Source: the human T2T-CHM13v2.0 reference genome, Homo sapiens. Taken from it: 64,000 bases of DNA. The DNA is taken from NCBI RefSeq assembly GCF_009914755.1, contig NC_060930.1; one strand, 5' to 3'. The stretch's first letter is position 1, and every line of letters begins with the position of its first letter. A program made the position numbers and the translations under genes. The notes below the pieces were generated by a model. That model was not told where the DNA came from. It ran no database searches and saw nothing but the letters and a program-made list of their open reading frames with translations. This document shows, piece after piece, positions 56,335 to 64,000 of the stretch.

Positions 56335-56645
56335 ATTCATTAGAATTGAACGTTAGAATTGAACATTTGTTGAATGCTTGTAATTAATGTATTTAACAAA
56401 TATTTTTTCGGTACCTGACACAGTGGCAGCCATAGATGCTGAGCATATACTGGTTATGATAAAATAGCATAAAATAATCCTATTATCTGTCTCATGGAGC
56501 ACATACATTACACTGTAGTGGTGAAGACAGAAAATTAGCATACATGCAAAAAATACATATATAATTACGACATGAGACAAATGTGATAATGAAAAGGAAT
56601 GGATAGAGAAAAACAGGTTGAATTATCTAGTTAGATAGGGTAGTC
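56335..56645 (-). mobile_element. L2 3'-end fragment
   Basis: 'aacatttgttgaatgc', 'tttaacaaatattttt', 'tctcatggagcacatacattacactg'. Confidence 0.55.
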
Positions 56646-59561
56646 TGTACAACTTTGTTAAATCAACCCAATATAAAGTATCCCTTACCAATAAGAGAAA
56701 GCAATTCCATTACACTAATAGTTTATAATGGCTATTTGCAACAATGCATCTATTCAAAGATTTTTGTGACTCTTTGAGTAAGTCTTAAAACATTATTATT
56801 ATTTAATTTTGAGATAGACAATGTATTTTATTGGAATTATGGAAAAAATGATGGTTGAAATTATTCCATGACTTTAAACAGGGATCTGAGTTTTCGGTTT
56901 TTCTGCGGGATCCTTAGGAAAAACCCAGAATTCATAAGTGTAACCCTTTCACAAATTTATAACTATTTCCAAATGATATCAAAGAAAACATTACAAAGTC
57001 TTCAAAAGAGAGCTGTGCAATTTTGTGTTTATAGTTACATCCCTTGATAATAGGTTTGCTAGGAATTTCCAGGCTGTGAGCAGTAGCAGTTTGCTGGAAT
57101 TTCTTAAAACCACCATTTGGCTATCTAATGCAGAGCTTATTCTCAATAAAATAAAATGAAATAAATAGTATTAACTAACTTCATCTATTCTGATTAATAA
57201 AAGCAGATGTACTGTGTCTGCTGTGTTTGCTACTTTGAAGGAAGTGCCTATTCAGAGTTTAATTTCACTGATCAATATCAGAGTTTGGAAAAAGCAATTA
57301 GTTTGATTTAATCCAAGTATTGTTGATCTGGTGGGAGAAAAGCTAATCAGAGTCCAGGGAAGTAGGCTAATAGCCAATGCTCAGAATTCAAACAAAAATG
57401 CCATATCAGAGACCCTATCCAAGCAACGGCATAGACCATTTAGATCAGAATTGGTATGAGGACTTTCTCTAATTCCAGGAATAATAAATGTGGGTAAGAT
57501 TTTAGAAGTGAATACAGAGACAGGGCAGTTGTCAAACATAAGACAAGTTAATTCTAAGCCATTCCAAAAGACCCTCAAAAACAGGGATGCTAAGAAGTAA
57601 ATAAGGCCCAAATCACAGAAAATGAGCCTGGCAATAAAATAGGTCCCAAGATACAAGGTGGAATTTAGAACTGATATCCCCACTTTTTCTATCACTACTG
57701 GTACCTTGGCATAGACAAAGAAACTTCTGGTAAGGAAGAGACCCACCCAGCAGATATCCACCCAGCAGATATCAGCCTGGTAAGCTGCCTCTCCTTTTAC
57801 TTGGCAGGACAAGCTGGAAATAGGTAGCTCTTACCCTATTAAGTTTCTAGGAAAGTATTAGTTTAAACCACCAAGCTGTAGAGCATGCTTGGGCCCATGG
57901 AAAAGTTGCATTCATGGCAGAAACACTTGGGAGAATTCCTGGGTTTTAGGGAAATTGGTTAGACAATGAAGCTTGAGGGGAGGACCAAAAATCTGATCAA
58001 CTTTGAACTAAGGTATAGCAGGAATTAGCTCTAGGGATACATGGAGGTAAGAGGGACAGTGACGTAGGGGCCAGAGTGACAGGGAGATCTGATCTAGCCT
58101 AGTGAAAAAATAGTTTCAGAAGTGTGGAGGGAAATAGATTAAGTACTAAGTTCCAAGTCCCCTCTCCCCAGGATTTCTTCCCAGGCAGGAAACAGAAATC
58201 ACAGGGTTGATTGGACCCCAGCTCCTAGTAATTAAACTCTAGAAAGAGCTGGATTGGGTATAACCTAATCTGCTGACCAATGTCGGGGCACTGGTTAATG
58301 CAGGAAGGGGAAGCTCTGGTATTCAGTTGGGGTCCAGTTGCCTGAACATTCATAAGAAGCATTCAAAATAGACTGTTCCATTGGTAAAACTGTAGGAACT
58401 AGGGCACAGTGGAGAAAAAAACTAAATTTAAAAGTTTTCTGAGGTGGAGCTGAGGAAAATTAAGAAATAATGGCTCAGAGAGTCTTTGGAGTTATAGCAA
58501 AGAGTCTACAAGTCAATTGACACACTGATGTTGGGAGGGCTTTTGATTTAATTATCTCAGACTTATCATTGTCTGATAGAGAAGGCAAGCAGCTCTAAAT
58601 AACTCATTTGCCTAGTGGTACCCTCTGGAACAGACTGGTTGGGAGCAAAGGCTGATAGCAGAAGCCATGAGGTGTGATGTAGCTGGATTTTCAAGAGCTT
58701 GACATTTATGCAGAACTAATAACTGTATCATTTATCACACTCTCCTAGTATGCTGGGTATGTGAAACTTAACAATTTGGTAGCAGTGGAAAGCAGTTTCT
58801 CTAAAGCATAGGTGAAGCAGTGATTTAATTGTCATCTTAATGGAACCAGGCAGATTAAAAAATCACAGGGATTATGGCAAGGAAGCACAATTGCTCCCAC
58901 ACTTATGGGCTGAGGAATGATGTTTGAGCCTTTGAAGATGTTGTCCTTCTCCAATGAGATGACAGGAGAATCAGCAGCAGCCAGATCAGCTAGATTAATG
59001 CAAGTGCTCAATGAGAGGGCAAGAATTGCAGTTGGATCACACTCACAACAAACAATATCACAACAAAATAATGGCTATTTCACAACTTTTTCAATATCCA
59101 TGTATACACAACCAAATGAAGAATTTACAGTGGGCTCTGCACACATAGATTCTTCTAGATACAAAGCAACTTGGTAAATAATTAAATTACATACATTCCA
59201 GATTTAAATCCTTGTTGTGTTAGCTTGAGAGAATTGTTTGATGTGAGGTGTGTCTCCACAATGACGAACACCAAGCAAGAAATTGGAAAGTAATAGGTCA
59301 AGTTAATTAGTTTTATCCAAAGAATAGCAAACAATAGATTAGACCAGTTTGGTTTTTCCCTCCAAAGACATTAGTTTCATTCTATTAAGAGGATTTCAAA
59401 AGCAAACAAAAATAGTTGGCAAAAGAAAAATATTACCTGATAATGTGGTTTTATTGTCCCGCTTTTTGAAATAGATTTTGTTGTTTCTTTTTTTTCAAAC
59501 ATTAAATGAGGAGGTAGCCACATATGCCAAAGTAAATTCAATTTTGGAAAAAAACAAAGTA

Positions 59562-59884
59562 TAGTCATCCCATGGTATCCAGTGTGGATTGATTCCAGGA
59601 CCTCTCACCCTCCACAAATACAAAATCTGCAAATGGCCATGTTCCTAATAGAAAATGGCATAGTGTTTGCATATAACCTATACACATTCTCTCATATACA
59701 TTAAATCATGTATAGATTACTTTTAATATCCAATATAATTTAAATTTTATGTAAATAGTTGTTATACTATGTTGTTTTTATTTGTATTAATTTTATTGTT
59801 ATATTGCTTTTTTTTCAAATATTTTCTATCAGTGGTTAATTGAATCCCCTCAAGCAGAATCCATGTACACAAGGGGTTGACTCA
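59562..59884. mobile_element. MER2 (Tigger-family) MITE
   Basis: 'gtcatcccatggtatcc...gattgattccaggacc', 'aaaatggcatagtgtttgcatataacctatacacat', 'atgtaaatagttgttatact'. Confidence 0.8.
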
Positions 59885-60844
59885 ATATAGCATAATCAGA
59901 TATAGGGTCATAAGTAATGGGGAGAAGAGTAAATAATTTATTAAACCCCACAGAACAATTCCTTATTTGCCAAAAATAAAATATACTCTGCTTTCCTTTT
60001 GGGTTAAGAAATTGTAGCTCCCTAGCAAATATGAACTGTTTTTTGGAGAGTTCAATAATTCATTCATCACCAATCATCAGTCATAGCTCAAATTATTCCC
60101 AGGTGGTTGGCTAGTTATCAAGATGTGACTTAAGGGTGCTTATCAGAGCATTCTAACGTTTTGCTGAGTTAACACTTCTATCCACTATGAACCAGAGGTC
60201 ACTCCACAAAGATGAGCCATGAAATCAGCTCTATATGTTAGTCCTATTTTAATCCTCTTCAATATATACCCAGTGCAGACTCTGAATTCTGTTATTCTTC
60301 TTCTAGAAATTAGCAAATTTCCAGTGGAATCTGTTATCAATTTTTGAATACCTTACTATAATTCTTCTTAATCACAATTTATATATAATTTAATAGTTTA
60401 GTATATTATCATATAAATCTCATTCTACACAAAACAACTGAAACTAGGAAATGTCATATTAAGTGGTAATTGTACAATAACTGCTTAAAAACTAATCCAT
60501 CTCCAATTAAGAAACTGTGAAACATATGGGCTATTATCCTTCATTGATTGTTTATATGGTTTCAATCTTAACATTATGTTATCTAGGCCTTCTAAAATGT
60601 GTTCAAGATAATGACATAACTCCCCTTTTCTTTTTTAAAAATGTTTTCCATTTTTAAAAAAAGAGTCCCCTCGTATTAAAAACTCTCAATAGACTAGGTA
60701 TTGATGGAACATATCTCAAAATAAGAGCTATTTCTGACAAACCCACAGTCAATATCATATTGAAAGGGCAAAACCTGGATATTCCTTTTGAAAACCGGTA
60801 CAAGATAAGGATGCCCTCTCTCTCCATTCCTATTCAACATAGTT

Positions 60845-61651
60845 TTGGAAGTTCTGGCCAGGGCAATCAGCCAAAAGAAAGAAATAAAGCTTATTCAAAT
60901 AGGAAGACAGGAAGTCAAATTGTCTCTGTTTGCAGATGACATGATTCTATATTTAGAAAACCCCATCATGTCAGCCCAAAAACTCCTTAAACTGATAAGT
61001 AACTTCAGCAAAGTCTCAGGATACAAAACCAATATGCAAAAATCACAAGCATTCCTATACACCAACAATAGAAAAGCAGAGAGCCAAATCATAAATGAAC
61101 TCCCATTCACAATTGCTACAACGAGAATAAAATACCTAGGAATACAGCTAACAAGGGATGTGAAGGACCTCTTCAAGGAGAACTACAAACCACTGCTCAA
61201 GGAAATAAGAGAGGACACAAACAAATGGAAAAACATTCCATCCTCGTGGATAGGAAGAATCAATATTGTAAAAATGGCCATACTGACCAAAGTAATTTAT
61301 AGATTCAATGCTATTCCCATCAAACTACCATTGACATTCTTCACAGAATTAGAAAATAATAATTTAAATTTCATAAGGAACCAAAGAAGAGCCTGTATAG
61401 CCAAGACAATTCTAAGCAAAAAGAACAAAACTGGAGGCATCACACTACCTGACTTCAAACTATACTGCAAGGCTACAGTAACCAAAACACCATGGTACTG
61501 GTACCAAAACAGGCAAATAGACCAGTGGAGCAGAATGGAGACCTCAGAAATAGCACCATACATCTACAACCATCTGATCTTTGACAAACCTGACAAAAAC
61601 AAGCAATGGAGAAAGGATCTCCTATTCAGTAAATGGTGCTGGGAAAACTGA
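60845..61651 (+). pseudogene. L1 ORF2p reverse-transcriptase fragment (268 codons)
   Basis: [18 protein letters not shown]; no true ATG start, premature stop. Confidence 0.9.
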
Positions 61652-62092
61652 TTAGCCATATGCAGAAAACTGAAACTGCACCCCTTCCTTACACCTTATA
61701 CAAAAATTAATTCAATATGGATTAAGACTTAAATTTAAAAATGTAAAACCCAAAGCTATAAAAACCCTAGAAGAAAACCTAGGCAATATCATTCATGGCA
61801 TAGGCATGGGCAAAGACTTCATGACAAAAATGAAAAAAGCAATTGCAACAAAAGCTAAAATTGATAAGCAGGATCTGATTAAACTACAGAGCTTCTGCAC
61901 AGCAAAGGAAATTATCATCAGAGTGAATGGGCAACCTACAGAACGGGAGAAAATTTTTGCAATCTACCCGTCTGACGAATGGCTAATATCCAGATTTTAC
62001 AAGGAACTGAAACAAATTTACAAGAAAAAAACAAACAACCTCATCAAAAAGTGGGCAAAGGATATGAACAGACACTTCTCAAAAGAGGACAT

Positions 62093-62394
62093 GGCCAGGC
62101 ATGGTGGCTCATGCCTGTAATCTCAGAACTTTTAGGAGGCCGAGGCAGGTGGATCATGAAGTCAGGAGATCGAGACTATCCTGGCCAACATGGTGAAACA
62201 CTGTCTCTACTAAAAATACAAAAATTAGTGGGCATGGTGGCTTGTGCCTGTAATCCCAGCTACTCAGGAGGCTGAGGCAGGAGAATCTCTTGAACCAGGG
62301 AGTTGGAGGTTGCAGTGAGCCTAGATCATGCCACTGCACTGCACTCCAGCCTGGTGACAGAGAAAGACTCCTTCTAAAAAAAACAAAAAAAAAA
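62093..62394 (+). mobile_element. AluSc-like element inside L1 ORF2
   Basis: 'gagatcgagactatcctggccaacatgg'; L1 resumes after the tail with a degenerate TSD ending in 'acat'. Confidence 0.95.
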
Positions 62395-64000
62395 TACATT
62401 TACATGGCCAACAAACATATAGAAAAAAACTCAACATCACTGATCATTAGAGAAATGCAAATCAAAACCACAATGAAATACCATCTCACACCAGTCAGAA
62501 TGGTGATTATTAAAAAGTTAGTAAACAATAGATGCTGGTGAGGCTATGGAGAAATAGGAACACTTTTGCACTGTTGGTAGGAATGTAAATTAGTTCAACT
62601 ATTGTAAAAGACATTATGGTGATTCCTCAAGGATCTAGAACCAGAAGTACCATTTGATCCAGCAATCCTATTTCTGGATATATACCCAAAGGAATATAAA
62701 TTATTCTACTAAAAAGACACATGCACATGTATGTTTATTGCAGCACTATTTACAATAGCAAAGTCATGGAACCAACCCAAATGCCCATCAATTATAGACA
62801 GGATAAAGAAAATGTGGTACATATACACCATGGAATACTATGTTGCCATAAAAAGGAATGAGATCATGTTCTTTGCAGGGACATGGATGAAGCTGGAAGC
62901 CATCATCTTCAGCAAACTAACACAGGAACAGAAAACCAAACACCCTATGTTCTCACTCATAAGTGGGAGTTGAACAATGAAAGCACATGGACACTGAGGG
63001 GAACAACACACACTAGGGCCTTTTGGGTGGTGGGGGATGAGGGGGAGAACTTAGAGGATGGGTCAATAGGTGCAGCAAACCACCATGGCACACGTATATG
63101 TATGTAACAAACCTGCACATTCTGCATATGTGTCCCGTTGTTGTTGTTGTTGTTGTTTTAGAATAAATCAAAAAAAAAGAAAGGGAAGATAAATGACACA
63201 TCAACAATGCGAGAGTGAGATGCTGATGGTCCAAGCCCTAATCCTGCTTGAAGAAAAGCATGTCCTGCTCCATTTATGAACATTTATGGACAGAGGCCCT
63301 TTCACAATAAAGAATAAGCCTCTGCAAGACATGCACCTCACTGTGAACGCAACATTTGATTTGCATGGAGACCATCTGGATCATTTCTGGCACTGTCACT
63401 GTCTATGACACTGAGCAGGTGCTTTGACCTTATTTTGGTCCCCTCAGGCACCAGCACAGCTCACTGGTGACTCAGAAAGTGACTGCTGGATTTCACGTGA
63501 GCATCCAGCGGATCACTCTGAGATCTGCTGGACGCTCCTGAGAGAGTGTCTCCAGCACCTGCCTGGTGTCCTGATCCCCCAGGGTCTTCAATAGAAACAC
63601 TCTTGGTTTACAACTTTGCGCTGTGATGCATGATTAGAGATGATTTTCTTGTCTCATGGACAATAGGAATCAGAAAATGAAACAGGAGTTTGGAGTTCTT
63701 TATGAACTCACTGCTTCCAAAATAATTGTCAAGACATTTGTGTCCTGAATAATTTGGGGTTTATTTCGAACTGCATTTATTAGCATTTTGTGAAGTAGTT
63801 ACATACTTTCAGTTCATATCCATAGATCCTTATCTTTACATATTGATTTCTGACTCACTTGGTCTGTGTACATGCCACACTCTCATATCCACCACTGCCC
63901 TGTCACATACAAAATGTAGACAACATTACTTAACAATGAAATCTGAATTTCTTATTCATAGAAACATAGTGGCTCCCACAATTTTTTATCAATTGAATTA

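Larger units (their letters stand above)
60667..63180 (+). mobile_element. 5'-truncated L1PA8-like LINE-1, interrupted by an Alu
   Basis: ORF2 RT remnant; 3'UTR 'aacttagaggatgggtcaataggtgcagcaaaccaccatggcac'; (GTT)n then AATAAA and A tail. Confidence 0.93.

Noticed and set aside
57381-57812. 143-aa minus-strand ORF in apparently unique DNA
   Set aside because: Non-ATG start, no recognisable domain or exon context; consistent with a chance ORF.
60845-61651. 268-aa ORF as a functional reverse transcriptase
   Set aside because: Fragment of a 5'-truncated L1 ORF2 with no promoter, non-ATG start, premature stop and a downstream Alu insertion.

Overview
This is AT-rich primate (human-like) non-coding DNA with no recognisable host exon, RNA gene or CRISPR array. 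Every long ORF maps to decayed LINE-1, Alu or endogenous retrovirus sequence. The main feature is a ~15 kb nested retroelement stack at 23474-38411. A HERV-W provirus (+; LTR17 ends, 4-bp TSD GAAT, Arg-type PBS, IN-env deleted) has its 3' LTR split by an antisense HERV-H provirus (-; LTR7Y-like, His PBS, 5-bp TSD ACCAC). The HERV-H integrase is in turn interrupted by a twin-primed L1PA2-like element (14-bp TSD), and the whole stack appears to sit in an ancient L2. The nesting puts the HERV-H 5' LTR back-to-back with the intact CCAAT/TATA core of the HERV-W 3' LTR, a candidate chimeric bidirectional promoter. Other points of interest: patchy identity between the two HERV-W LTRs suggestive of gene conversion, a 22-unit 21-bp array read in frame into HERV-H gag, a 38-bp templated insertion in an old L1, a POU-octamer cluster, and two palindromes. 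Subfamily names come from remembered consensus diagnostics rather than a database search, and boundaries of old repeats are approximate. I cannot support a new protein-coding system here.
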